Of a DNA stretch of 64,000 nt, positions 1-12,840 are shown piece by piece. The stretch spans positions 9,968,379-10,032,378 of the forward strand of contig OZ316894.1 of the NCBI GenBank assembly GCA_973895155.1. The letters are read 5' to 3'. The notes under the pieces are model-generated. The model searched no databases, had not been told where the DNA came from, and saw nothing but the letters and a program-made list of their open reading frames with translations. The number at the start of each line of letters is the position of its first letter. The stretch's first letter is position 1. Made by a program: the position numbers and the translations under genes. The DNA is from Marsupella aquatica (lineage: Eukaryota > Plantae > Marchantiophyta).

Positions 1-300
1 CAACTGAACAGTCCAAGGTCACATCAGAGTCTTCAATACATGTGACAAATGAGGATATATCCTCAGATTTTATACTATTTAATGGTTAAAAATTGAGTGG
101 ATGATAACATTTTCTATAAAATTTCTAGATTCAATTATAATCCATCTTGAGTGACGCCTCGTTCCTCTCTTGACTCAACAAAAGAACCTCAATAAAAAGT
201 TGAAATTTTTTTAAATGCACTTTTTCAAATCTTTTTCAAAGTTGCACCATTTGAATTTCTTCAGGACCCCTATGCTATGGTTTATGATGTAAGTTTGCTA

Positions 301-450
301 TCTTACTATAAAAGCGCGAACTAAAGTCTACTCTTAAGGGCCTAGGGTCTAGAGTGAAGCCTCTAGACAGTAACCCCAGTACAGACAAAAGTGATCATGA
401 ATCTCAATTTAAAAATACTTAAAATGAGGATTAACTAAATAGCATAGAAA
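301..450 (+). repeat. Dispersed repeat end with a Helitron-like 5' terminus (copies at 54732 on + and 55596 on -)
   Basis: A|TCTTACTATAAAAG start and a subterminal tctagagtgaagcctctaga hairpin. Colinear with the reverse complement of ~55455-55596. Confidence 0.6.
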
Positions 451-739
451 TATGATTGTGCAAGGATTTTTTTCTTCATATCTGTTTACGTTCAAGGAAC
501 GGGTAATCGGGCTAGTTATTCCTAATGATACAAGCCAAAACACCGCCATGATGGTTGAGCCGTAAATGGACTGGTGATTGGCTCCATATACACATTCCTT
601 GCTTGAGGTAACCCTAATTGATTTGACATTTCTAGGCTGACTGCCAGTTCTTAGAGGTGAGGACAAAAAGGACCTTGTGAATAGATAGATTTCCCATATG
701 AATAAGGATACTCCATCCAAAGAAGGAAGGGAAACCATC

Positions 740-1387
740 AAAAGTGCAATTATACACTTTTGCCAGTGTATTGCAGCAGGGCGTTTGCCTACCCCTGTCT
801 TTCCGCTTATGGGTGCATCTTGTTTATTAGCCACCCCGTTAGCCACGGCTAAGCCTTCACCCGTGAGTTTGCCACATTGCTATTGCTAAGATTTCTCTCT
901 TGAGTTTTCTTTGACTTGTGTCTCATACTCTGTATCCCAGCATCGTGTTCAAATTTTGATCATCTCTCTCCCCATCAGTTTGTCTTTGGTGTTCCACGAG
1001 GATGTGAGACTGTAATTGATGGTGTTAGGGCCAGGCACCCTTGACCTACATCCTGATTGGGTTGTCCTTTAGGTTGCCCACCAGGCTGATGTCTCTAATG
1101 CTTTCAACAGAGGCTCATGATGGACAACAATATTCCGTGCATTGAGAGCTGCTAATCCTAACATCCAATCCCCTTTGTCGAATGCTTCTATGGCTTTGAG
1201 ATCCCCCTCTTATATAGTCAGCACACCTCAATTGGAGAGTACACCACTATTTCTTCTGCCAAGGGTACACGCCAGGGTGATCCTCTGGGCGAGTGACCCT
1301 CTTTTTACCATGCACATTTTACTGCTTTGTGTGCAGTTGCTGCTGCCCACCCCTGTTGTATCTTTCCCTCACTTTTGGATGACACCC
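740..1387 (+). mobile_element. Decayed reverse transcriptase of an RLE-type (CRE-like) non-LTR retrotransposon
   Basis: Across shifting frames: GRLP..MGASCLLA..KP, HLSPHQF.FGVPRGCETVIDGVRA, LDLHPDWVVL, DVSNAFN, FYGFEIPLLYS, GTRQGDPLG and FPSLLDDT (YADD-equivalent). Confidence 0.8.
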
Positions 1388-1388
1388 C

Positions 1389-1692
1389 AGGGGTCCTCAC
1401 TTCTTTTCTTCCAACCCATTGCGCGCAAAGAAGTTAGAGGTTTTTTAATTTAATTGCACAAAAGACTTTAAAATTTTTGTGTAGGAAATATGGGGGTGTT
1501 TTAATCCAATTTTGAGAATCCTAAGAACTATAGGGTTTTTTAATACCAAATGTGAGAATATTCCTAAAAATTTCCATAAAGTTAGGGGTTAAAAAATAGT
1601 AAAAATGTACTTTGTGTTCTTAAGTTTTAGGGTGTTTATTACCTGAAAACTTTGCAAGTCATCTGAGACCTCCCTTGGAATGAGGCCCCCAA
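1389..1692. mobile_element. AT-rich MITE-like insertion interrupting the RT remnant
   Basis: Imperfect terminal inverted repeats ggggtcctcacttc / gaatgaggcccc, with gatgacaccc repeated on both flanks (1378-1387, 1693-1702). Confidence 0.45.
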
Positions 1693-1899
1693 GATGACAC
1701 CCACCCCAATGAACTACCTCAGTGATCAGGTTAATCCTACCCTAGCCACACTTTCAACAAAATTGTTGGCCCGTGGTTTATGGAGGGTCATACATTGTGT
1801 GCAACGTTTTAGGGTTTGACCCCCCTATCTTATATATATAAGTGAAATTTTGTTTGCAACACCCTTTCTTTCCTTGAATTTTGGAAGTTTTCTGCCAGA

Positions 1900-2240
1900 C
1901 CCATTTAAACGGGCCTATATTTCGTTGCACGTGATGTGCCACTTCCATGGAAGTGACTCCCCCAAGATAGGACCACCACTATCAGTTTGGACCATGCACT
2001 TTTGTCAGCGGGTTGTTGTGATGCTCCAACATGCTCAACCTTGAGCGATCTATTGTTGATCCCTCATTGTGGGCACTTACTAGTACGTGCGCCTCCACTG
2101 CGGGCTTGCCTCCTTAGAGGACACGCGAGAGGACATCCAGGTCCCCCTTGCAAACTCAGTAAGGACGGTTGGGTGATGTAGACCATTAGCTCATCCCATG
2201 ATGGCGTATGTGTGGCCTGTTAGCTTCTCACAATATGGCA
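1900..2240 (+). mobile_element. Probable 3' (endonuclease-end) remnant of a CRE-like retroelement
   Basis: FCQRVVVMLQHAQ resembles the QRxSxxLQRxQA C-terminal motif of CRE-type ORFs. It lies downstream of the RT remnant on the same strand. Confidence 0.45.
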
Positions 2241-2280
2241 CTGGTAGCTCTTTTCCCTTTAGTTTTGTTTCTTCTTTCTA

Positions 2281-2662
2281 CACTGTTCATTGTAATTAGT
2301 GTTATGCAAGAATTAGTGTTAGTACAAAATTAATGTTACTAACACTAATTTTGGTAAAAATGATTTTGAGTCCAAGTAACACTAATTTTTATCGGTTTTC
2401 CAAAATGAATTTTTTTCAGTTTAGTTTAAATTGCTTGTAAAAATGGATGATCTCTAGTCCAAAGTAACACTAATTGTTGTGGATTTTTTTAAATAGTTTT
2501 TTCCTTTGTATTTTTCCACTTTTAAGATCATAGTAACACTAATTCATGTGCGCGAATATAGTGTTAGCACAAAATTAGTGTGACTAACACTAATTCACGA
2601 GTAGACCCTGAAAATGGGCGCTCTCAAATTAGTGTTAGTCACACTAATTACGGTGAACAGTG
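2281..2662. mobile_element. Non-autonomous TIR element with CACTG termini (CACTA-like or TA-targeting MITE)
   Basis: TIR cactgttca(tt/cc)gtaattagtgt at both ends, TA on both flanks, and many internal taacactaatt / aattagtgtta repeats in both orientations. Confidence 0.8.
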
Positions 2663-3474
2663 TAGGTTTTTTAAAGGTTCCCTTGTGCTCACTACTTTTG
2701 AGTTTTCCAGGTTTTGGGGTATCCCTTTGCTCACTGTTTTAGGGTTGATATTTGTCCTCAGTGGACTCTTTTGTTTGTCCTTTGTTGTACTTTGTTTGAC
2801 CCTTTTTGTAAGTATATTGTCATGTCTTTTTATCAAATGCACAAATTGATATTAAGATGGCTCAAGTGGAGGGAAAACCCCCCATTTATTTGCAAGGGTA
2901 GAAAACAGAACTTAAAAATATACTTTGTATGGCTTGTAGATGTCAACCTGACATACAACAATAGTGTCATATGACAGCCACCACGAAGTAATCCAATAAA
3001 GATTACACATTATCCTTGAATGTCTAACATGTACCATTTGGTTGCAAAATGGAACCTCCCAAGCAACCAAAACTAACAACCGCAAAATAGCCAAAAGGAA
3101 GGGTTATTAGGGGGAATCTATGCTTTAACTTCTGATGTAGGTATACTTCTCCACACAATGAGATCCTACCAGGTTGAACTATAAATAGAACTGCTGTGTT
3201 GGTTTCAGGCTACATCCCCTTGTAATGAAGTTATTGACAAACCGCTCTCCAATGTCTTTGTATGTCCTTTCGATCAAAACATCAACAGTGAAGCGCGTGA
3301 GGGAAATTTTAATATTTCCCCTAGTACCACTGCTATTCTAGGTCACTGTGGGCCCAGGGTAGGATGCTAGGCTCCTTTGCGTTACCTGAGGAGGACTTAC
3401 AGATGTTAGTATGAAAGGGGTAATGTTTAGAGAATTAGAGAGTGAGAAACACACAAACTTTAAAAAGCTGAGTG

Positions 3475-3730
3475 CTGGATTTATAAATGATTTTCAGAGC
3501 CATATCCTTTTTTTCGAAAGTGGAGAATACATGCTTATTCTTGCTATTATTTAATGTTATCTAAGCCATATCTCCTTACTCAAAAGGTGATTGTTGGATT
3601 TATCAAATGTTTTTACAGCCATATCTCCTTTCTACAAAAGCGAAGAATACATGCTGACTGTTGGCTATCTCAATTGGTTTCAGAGCCATATCTCCATTGT
3701 TGTTAGATTTATCAAATGTTTTGTTCATAG
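3475..3730 (+). repeat. Diverged local tandem repeat
   Basis: Recurrent ggatttatcaaatg..agccatatctcc..gaatacatgct units at ~3477, ~3596 and ~3706 (partial), with a related fragment near 4020. Confidence 0.6.
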
Positions 3731-6700
3731 GGGAAACCGTTCTGGAGCGAGCCTGGCCACTGGCTTGCAGGCGGCCCACTTTAGCTTTTGTACTAAGGTT
3801 TATATTTAACGTTCCAGAGTACCTCTCCTGCTGCATGGAAAGGTTAAAATTTTCCACTTTGCCATGGCAACCACCATCAACAAAGCAGCATCAGCAGTAG
3901 GGAATATTGCTCCGAAGACCTTTGCTATGCTTGAGTGGAGTTTATGTCCCCTAGATCTTATGGAAAAGCTAGATCTTTGCTGAAAATGCCTAGCTTAGAT
4001 TTCTTACTTTTTGTCTAATGTTCTCAGAGCCATACCTCCCCTTTTGCATGAAAAGGTTCCAAGGGCTTTACAAGAACTAGGAGGCCCCTTGTTTCTCCTT
4101 GTATCTGTCATGCAATCCTAACCATTCAAATGCGTGAAAAGACCATACTTTACATGAACTTGGGGGCACACTCTGGCAAAACCCTTACCGGCCCACGGCA
4201 CCTGCTACTGGGCCCCTTGTGACTCCCTTTTCTTCTGATGTGTCCATGTTTTTCCATAAAACATTTAAACAGCCTCTTGACGTGGTCTAAAGAATTGATG
4301 GTTTGGTCTTTTATTCAGGATCTTGCATTTATTGTCTTCAGACTTGACATATTTGGCTCATGCATAATAATTGTACTGTATGCATTAGTTCGTCTCTAAT
4401 GAGCTGTTCTATGGAGGTTTTTGGTGACTGCAATGCTGCAGGCTGGGTTGCTGGTAAAAAATGTGTGCTTCCCCCAAATGCTACTGCCACTAACCTGGGC
4501 TATCGGTGCACTAGCATCCACACCAAAATTGGTTTATGCAAATGCGTCAGCATCCTTCCAAAATTGATGGTGCCCTTATAAAAAATGACCAAATTCAAAA
4601 ATTTGATGATGTTGAATTCACCCACAGGTCATGATGAGAGCCCTCCAAACAAAAATCACATTGGCTAAGTTTGTCCAAAAGTTGGTTTTCTTTCGGGCTT
4701 TCTTCAATTCTTCTCTGGCACCTACGGTTGAGATTGGAGCTATCTGTTTTTGGTCAGGGTGGGGGATGAAATTTGTGGTGGACGAAAAACCAGGGGAACA
4801 GCAGGTTAGAGGCTATGGGTGAGGTCGATTTGGTGTTTACATTTAACACACTTTGTACAGAATACAGATAATAATCTAACTTTAGGAAACTTTTAAGCCC
4901 TCCAATTTTTAGGGCCTTGTCATCAAAGCACCATTTACTGAGACGACTTCTGACCAGAATTAGAGGTATACATTAGAGAATGGGGTAAAATGAAGGGTGA
5001 TCACTGTCGTTAAGCTCAAAAGTGAGTAATCTTAAATTCTTGCATTGACACACTTATGAAAGCCTGGTTGAGGTAGTGGGGCAGTGCTGTGAACTTGAAG
5101 TTGTCTCATTCTCGAAATATATCCCTGTTGCTCAAGTAGAAATGCCAGCAACTTAGAGCCAAGCACAACCCGTAGCCCTTAGGGCAATTGCAGGCCCTAT
5201 TTGAATGTGGAGTAGTTCAGCTGAGAAATACTCAACTCACCCTGATCTGGCCATATTTGGGTAGAGAGAGATACTTGATAGACCCCCAATATGCAAAGTG
5301 TTTCTTAATGGACACATGAGTGGTCCAGACCCTTGATAGTTCTCAAATAAATGTACCCAAAAGCTCATGGGGTCTATCAAATAAGACATTCCAAGTTAGA
5401 GGTCCATCAAGCATATCTCTCTATTTGGGTATCCATAGTTCACAGTTGTTAACTCGTACGTTTGTAGACAAAATACTCACAGTTGTTAACTCGTACGTTT
5501 GTAGCAAAATACTCATGGACTTTGAAATGAGTGTTCTCGAAAACAAACATCCCTACGGAGACATGGTAGCCAAGGACGCGTATGAGCTGGACACAGAAAT
5601 AAACAAAAATAAAGAATTTAAACTTACGAAGAGAAGAGTCACTGTTATCAGGGGAACCTGTTTGCCTTATCGCTAGAGGATTGAGACGCGCTCTGCATAA
5701 TGTACAAGCCTATTGTCATGATCTTTTGCAGTAGGTTACGAAAGAATTTGTCATGATCTGCTTACGTCAAGGTAGCCATAGCTTTGCCGTGTCCAAGCAA
5801 GGGCACGCCCCGTGGAAAAGCATTGCCCTGCAACGTGCGTCAGACTCCCAAATACCATGGAGCTTACATGGCAACCATTAGTCCTCCGCCCCTCCAGATC
5901 CACGTTTTATCCTTGGAATTGACGAAGTCCTCGATAGAATTGTTCTCTAGACTTCGCAAATGGACCTCGATTGACCCCAAGTCCTTGCCAGCACGTGAAG
6001 ACTTGCTTCACAATTGTGTCACAAGCTAGACGTCATCCTTGAGACAAGCTACCAGTCGGTAGAGTGCACGACTTTGGGGTTGATTGGCTCACTTTTACAC
6101 CCTGAGTAAAGATGTACCTTGGAAACAAAAAGTAAGGTGTTGGGTCACTTTTTCGGTTCGGTTCGGTACATATCCATCTTTTAAAGGGGATATAAATGGA
6201 AGAAAGATCGACGTAAAATTTTGGAGGGACAGTTCCCCACCATTGATATTTGATAAATAGTCAGAGTGTCAGGGCCCACTGCCAACTTTGCGTCGAAACT
6301 CGGTTTCAGAGCGAAAGGGAGGACATAGTTGCATGGAACCTTCTTTTCAAATGCAAAGGACATCATTTCACTGTGAAATGGAGTACTGCAGATTCCAGTT
6401 TCTTTTAATGATAGGTTTTGGGAGTCGTTCCCTGTTCGTGGAGGTACATGTTGTCATAAAGCCACTCTTTCCGTCTCTGGGTAGGTACATGTCGCCATAA
6501 AATATGAGTTGGTTGGCTCTTCTTAATAGGTTCCAAAACCGCCACTGTCCCTTAGTTTTTAGGAGACAAAATAATCACTTGTTGCCACTTTTTTGCTTTG
6601 TTAAATAATGTTTATAGTAGCATCTAGAAGGTTTGGCTTTGGAGACACCTTTGATAGTACAAACAAGGTGTCCAAACTAGGAGAAGATATATCGCTTTTA

Positions 6701-6739
6701 AAAGTATACAATAATATGACGCAAAAAAAACTAAATGAA

Positions 6740-7200
6740 TATTTATTGTCTACGAGTTTTTACTATCTTGTCCCCTTCCCTTAGTCTGTATTTTCTTTGC
6801 AATTCGTGCAAAGCAAAACTTATCACAATATCTCACTACTAGACTTCAATGCATCCAGTCAATGAACACATGTAATTTCAATAATTCATGGTTAACTATA
6901 ACCTAAAGCTCAGCAAAACTAGAAACTAATTAGTTGCAAAAGCTCAACAAAAGCTCAAAATAACCAAAACTTGGAATTAAAATTTTCTTCCCTCCTTCCC
7001 CACCCTGAACTCCCACCCGTTTTTCTCTCTTCTGTCCACCATTCCTATACTGATTTTCTTTTGTTTTCCTTTCCCTTCAATCTCTGCCATCTATTTGGTT
7101 TGATGAGGGTCATCAGAAAGCTTTGGGACATCCAATTTTCTTCAAATGTGTTGAGTAGGATGCCCAGACAGAATTGAGATGACAAAATTATCACCAAAAA
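6740..7200 (+). repeat. Dispersed repeat, copy 1 (copy 2 inverted at ~42760-43170)
   Basis: Shared ctcactactagac(t/c)tcaat..gctcagcaaaa(c/g)tagaaact core and colinear flanks. Confidence 0.7.
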
Positions 7201-8039
7201 ACTCTTTTGATGGATCTTATCTTACCCTAGTAGGATGCCGTCGTACCCTAGTAGCATAAAAACCCCAAAATATTGACTGACAAACTTGAAGTAGCCGGCG
7301 AACTGTACACACCACATCACTAATTATCAACATCTGATCTCATCTGTCAATCCAAGCAGTTTGATGACACACACCTTTTAATGTGACCTTCTACACCATG
7401 TTTTACTATCCTCTTTGTTAGCCAATGATTGATAAAATCCATCAATCAACCTTCTTTGCTAGATAAAGAAATGATTGATTATAATTTGAAAAGTTTTACA
7501 ATAATTTTTCTTTTGCCTTGCTTTATATTATTTGAAATTTTAATTGTTAATTTTCTTGAGTTGTCATCGTTCACTGGTCTAACTATTTTTGTTGGCGTTG
7601 CTACAAACCAGAATGTTCATGTTTGCTTGCCACTGCAAACATCACCGTTTGTGTTTGTGGTGGAAAATGCTAATGTGGTGCAACACGAATGAGATCCGCA
7701 TTTGGCAGAACTTTATGTGGAGATGTGGAGATGTGGAGATCAAGATGGTCAATCATTTGATCCGATCCAAGATCCTTATCAGTGAATTAAGCTTTGTGAG
7801 ATGGGGCACATTTAAAAAAGACAGAGGTAGATAAATAGTTTAAACACTGTTTTTGCTATATTTTGGGTGTTTAATAGCTGGAAACATTGCATGTCGGTCA
7901 TATGAGACGCTCCTTAGGGTGAGGGGTCCCCAAGCTCGTGCTCTTCTGTTGGGGCTCAATAGAAGTCTGATGTCTATATATAGGGGAATATTTTATAAAC
8001 ATTTTGCCAATTAAGGCTACTGCCAAATTCTAGAGGAAG

Positions 8040-8320
8040 AACCTAGGTGTGGTGAAGCATGCCCCAAGGTCAATCGGGTCCTTGGAACCAAGGTTGGGTG
8101 ACACCAGTCATGATTCTGCAAAGTTCTCAGAAGCCATGACCGGTGCCCGTGCTGGAGTTGAATGAGTGTGGCAAAAACAAGGATGGACAAATTGAGAAAG
8201 CCAAGGCTCTCTATCAACAAACAACAATATATTGAAAGAAGCTAGGGGTTTGAATTTCAATTTGATGGAGCTTGGAAGATTCTGCATGACTCCCCCAAGC
8301 GGTAGGTTGATGCCCCATTG
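8040..8320 (+). mobile_element. PIF/Harbinger Myb/NAM-associated ORF remnant
   Basis: Translations GKNKDGQIEKAKALYQQ and GFEFQFDGAWKILHDSPKR match the FxxxxxWxxLxxxPKW motif of Harbinger ORF1. Confidence 0.65.
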
Positions 8321-9544
8321 AATGACAAACTGTGGGAGAGACTGGCCAAAAGAAAGCGAAGGTAGACACAAAATTTTGCATTGATGCCCACCAGTTCAGA
8401 TGAGAGGATTACACATTTGCCAACCAGCTAGACTTAGAGACAGCTGAGCTCTCTAGGGTACCACTATACAGAGCCCCCCCCCCCCCCCCAACCTGCAATG
8501 TTTTTGAGGCACTGGACCCGCTAAAATGAAGCATTTTGAAAAAAAAAATTACCGTCCCCCATGCATAATGTTGGAATATCCCTATCAAATTGCAGGTGAT
8601 GGGGGCCCCTCTACAGGAGTGAAACATTTCTTGGAAGAACATTAGTGCCTTACAAATCATATTTTGAGTCTTGTCAAAATATTATTGTATTTTGAATCAA
8701 ATTTTGACTTTATCTGGGTAATGTTTGATTTAACATACGATAATGTTCTTACAAGACTCCCGACAAGACTCAAAATTGGATTTAAAAGGCCCTAATATTC
8801 TTCCAAGAATTTCTTTTAAGTTTTAATTTAAAACATAACCAATAAAATGACCCTATGCTCATCACATGTGATGTGCCAATTTTGTGGTAGTAAAATCCGA
8901 GCAACAAGAAAGGAAAGGAGTTGGGAAAAATGAAGAAGAATCAAGGGAAGTAAGAACCAAAGTGCCTTAGCAAACTCGATTGCTCTCATTGCGTGTGCTC
9001 CCGAGGTGTGCTCTGAATGGAGGGCAGGGGCAATGGACACCCTTGCAAACATGAGTACAAAGTCTGGCTGAATAAGGAGCAGAACAATAGGCATTGGGTG
9101 GAAATTGAGGTTCACAATGACACAGTTGCCAACAAGTCATGGTCCAACCCCGGGTCCAACCAGAGCACAGTTTTTGTTAATACCTCTTTGATAGATTTAG
9201 ATGCCTAGAAAGCTGCAACCCTGTAAGGCAAGCCATTTTAGTGGGGCTCATTCTTGTGCTCTATGGTCTGCCAGCAATAGTTGATTTGCAGCAATGGCAA
9301 TTTTTGCAGGAATGGCTGATTTTGGCTGTGTGGATTGAAAATTTATTTATTTTGGCACCACTAGATATTGGCATGTCCAACAGACTGTACATTTTGCTTT
9401 GGAAATAAACATGAGTTGGATCATACACAACTGGAACACATTTTTGTGCCTCATCGCATTTGCAATTGTAGATTGAAATGCAAGAGGTCTTATTTATAGA
9501 ACTGAGTATATGTAATTTGCAATGCATCCCTATACCCTCTCCAC

Positions 9545-9780
9545 ACAATTGCCACATATGCTCAATGAGGTCCACCTTCAGTTTGTCTGAACTGTCCACA
9601 CTGCCAACGAATGTGGGCCATACTGCAGTCTAGCCTAGCAAAAGAAAGTGGGGGTAGAGGCTGATGTTGCCACTGCACATCTGCTTGCTCAAAGAGGAAT
9701 TCATTGTCCAACTTTGGGTCATTCTCCTCATCCTCCACAATCATATTGTGGACGATGACATCTGCCTTCCAGACCATATT
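9545..9780 (-). mobile_element. PIF/Harbinger DDE transposase C-terminal remnant
   Basis: KADVIVHNMIVEDE and LKVDLIEHMWQ match the ACxxLHNMIVEDE..LxxDLxEHxW motifs of plant Harbinger transposases. Confidence 0.78.
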
Positions 9781-12159
9781 CTCCTGGGCTATGCTTCATC
9801 ACCAAGATGGATTTTGGACCATGGTCCAAAGTGCACACTAATGCTGGAAGGCTGGATAGACTTCCTTGCCTTCATATTCCCCAGGAGTTGACAGGTATGT
9901 TCCCCCCATTGTGAATTGTCTTTGTGCGCATTTGTGAACCATCTTGATTGCTTCCAACCTCAATTCATTATCAACCCAGTTTTTCTAGGCAATTGGCAGG
10001 AAGTCAGGCTTTGAGTTCAATGCAGATTGGTATGGAACAAAAGCAATGAAGAGCATCAGATGAAAAATCTATGTTGGAAGATTCAATTTGTTTGTTTGAA
10101 ATTAATTTGCTGAGAGTGAGGGTCAACTGGGTATATACACTGAGGAGGAATTCCTAGCAAACTGGATGGCAAGAAAATTGGAGCAAACATTTCCCAAGTG
10201 CCCACGTGTCACTCCTGCTGACCAGGTGCATGTCTCGATGGAATGACACACCTGACTTACCCTGTTAATTTGGGGGCTGCCCTTTAAGGTAAGGTTCTTG
10301 GTACCCCAGTGAACTAAACTTAGGACACTGTCAAACAAGCAAATCAAACCGAGTTGGGTTGGAAATGCTCTTCATTGAGCCTTTGTCAGGAATACCTTGT
10401 CCATAAATTCTCCTTCGTTAACTTATCCATCTAAACTTGACGTTGCAGAACTTCATTACATTCTGCCACATTAAAATGTTTCGTTTTTCTTGTCTTGAAA
10501 ATTGAACTTTTTATGTACTAGCCAAAGTAGAATAGTACATGGAGGCAAGGTAGGAGCCGGGGCAGACAAAACCCTGAAGGTACCGGGAAGGGTAAATTAA
10601 AGTATTCTAGGGAGTTTTTAATGAGCAGCTGACCTTCGACAGATTACACCACTAACAATTTGTTCCACGTGGCTCCTTTGGAGTGTGACATCACATGCTA
10701 TTTATTTTTTGTAGGATGTTAGTCGTGATTGGGATTGTGGTTATGTACTGTCTTCCCTACTTTTTGTTACCAGATTTCTACCAGACGCAAGTCCAACTCA
10801 TGTCCTTCGCAACTGTATTTCGCGAAAGGTTATTTGAGTTATGAATTGCTCATTGCATCTTGCAGGTTTCGTGATTATGTGTTCTTGTCTGGTTGGTGGG
10901 CTACAGAAATACTGTTGGGCAATTGCAATGTAAGTATCTAAGAAACCTCTACTACTGCCCACAAGCCTTCTGAGTGTACAGTCGAACATGGGCGAGTCAC
11001 AAATGCTTTATTATGACACTTTTCATCTAACTCAAGTAAAGGACAGTACTGATATGTGCTTCTCGGGACTCGGGTAGACATAGCCACAGGACTAATTATT
11101 GTTGAGAGGAGTACACAGGAATCACTTTAGAAGTTTATATGATAGGATTGAGTATTTAGAGTGACTCCTTGCAATGATCGGTTGTCAACGATAGCAAGCA
11201 CCACGGTACTTGACCCAGGCAATGACTAAACCCGATCCATGAGACAGGCCCACCTACTCTAGCTCCCGTGCCTCCCCATCCGCCTCCCACAATTCCTTGA
11301 GACACCAGATATGCAAATTTGAGCAGCTACTTGACTTCTTCAACAGAAACTGCATCCCTGTCCACGCCATCCACCGGTGCAAATGATACTCACTGCAAAA
11401 CTTCAGGAACTGTGAACCAATTGGCTTCAGACATTTTAAATTTGGGAACTATGACAGCAACTCCGTGATGGTTTTCGTAGTTACATGACAACAATTCTCA
11501 ATACCTCAAATTGAATCAGAACATTGGACGACCTTCTACTGCACTTCTTCTTGAACATAGCGGTCTCTCCTGCTACGTTGTTCTGAAAAACGAAAAGTAT
11601 TTTGTTCTAGGTCACTGGACAACCAAAATTGATAAATCCACTACAATGATTGTAGTTTGTTGCCACTAGGAGCATAAAGTCAACACGCATCAGGCAAGTA
11701 ACAATCATGAAGACAAATTAAAACCGTTTTATTCCTCATTCACGCTCCAACCCGATCCTGCTCTCTACTGTAGATTTGTCCACCATGGAAGCAAGCCCAC
11801 TCAATCTGTAATGCCTTAAAGATGGAATAAGTTCATTACTTTATGATCCTACACTAGGACACTTTAATTTCAGTAGAGGCACTAACAGACAGCAACATGA
11901 CAGTCATCCTGATGAATCTACTAACTTCGGGTCATACTTCTTGACCGACTCCATACTGTCGTAGGAGAAAAGTGGTCAGTAAGGGTCACGCACATAGAAG
12001 CTTTAGAAGGTAACTTCGAAGCTCATCCCAAATGCTCACTTGAAGCAAGCGCCCTCTGCCCAGTTTAATATGACGGGCACCTTGACGCCTTGCCGGGCAC
12101 GTCAAATCGTCAAATGACGGCCCGAAAACACGCAATTGACGGATATTCATGTAGATTCT

Positions 12160-12715
12160 CCCGAACAAACCCCGACTTCCCCGGACCTTTCGTGAACTCC
12201 TCCCGAACAACCCGAACCCGAACTCCCCCTGACCCGAACACGGACTCCCGGGCCCTTCCTGGACCCTCCCGGGCCTCTCCCGGACCCTCCCCGAACCCTC
12301 CCCGGACCCCCACCCGAACCGTCCCCGGACCCTGCCCGGACCCTTCCCGGTAGCCGGGGAAAAGGGGCCGGTCGGGGTAAGGGGGCCCGGGGGACGGGAT
12401 TCGGGGAAGCGGGGACAAAGGGCGGGGTTCGGGGAAGAGAGGAAGGGGATTCGGGGAAGCGGGGTAGGGGGGCGGGGTTCGGGGAAGGGGTTACGGGTTG
12501 AAGGGGGCGGGGAATGGGGTTCGGGGAACCGGGTAGGGGGTTTGGGGAAGGGGGTTCGGGGAAGGGGGTAGGGGGTTTGGGGAACGGGGTGCGGGGTGCG
12601 GGGTTCGGGGACGGGGCTCGGGGATTGGCGGCCGGGGAAGAGTTAGGGGTGGGATTAGGGTTAGGGGGGTGAGATTAGGGTTAGGGGAGGCGCGATTAGG
12701 GTTAGGAGCGAAGAT
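12160..12715. repeat. Left subterminal GC-rich repeat block of the hAT element (CCCGAAC-type repeats, then inverted GTTCGGG-type repeats, then TTAGGG telo-box-like repeats)
   Basis: C-rich ccgaac/ccggac units at ~12160-12350, G-rich ttcgggg units at ~12352-12640, and three attagggttagg copies at ~12654-12706. Confidence 0.9.
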
Positions 12716-12840
12716 TAAGAGCTTTAGGAGGGGGAGGAAGTAGATGGTTTAGTATAAGTAGGACTCACTAATCCATTTTACTAATCCAAAGTCTCATTGT
12801 GTTTCTCTCTCTTGTGGTTTAGCATTAGGGAGAGATCGGA

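Noticed and set aside
6044-6075. tRNA A-box-like agctaccagtcggtagagtgcacgact
   Set aside because: No B box or cloverleaf follows. At most a SINE or tRNA fragment.
7951-10381. Possible Harbinger TIR pair ggctcaatagaag / cttcattgagcc
   Set aside because: The match is short and gapped, with no TAA/TTA duplication, so the boundaries are not supported.
12090-12418. Pro/Gly/Arg-rich ORFs on both strands (also 21106-21796)
   Set aside because: They are translation artefacts of the GC-rich subterminal repeats of the transposon.
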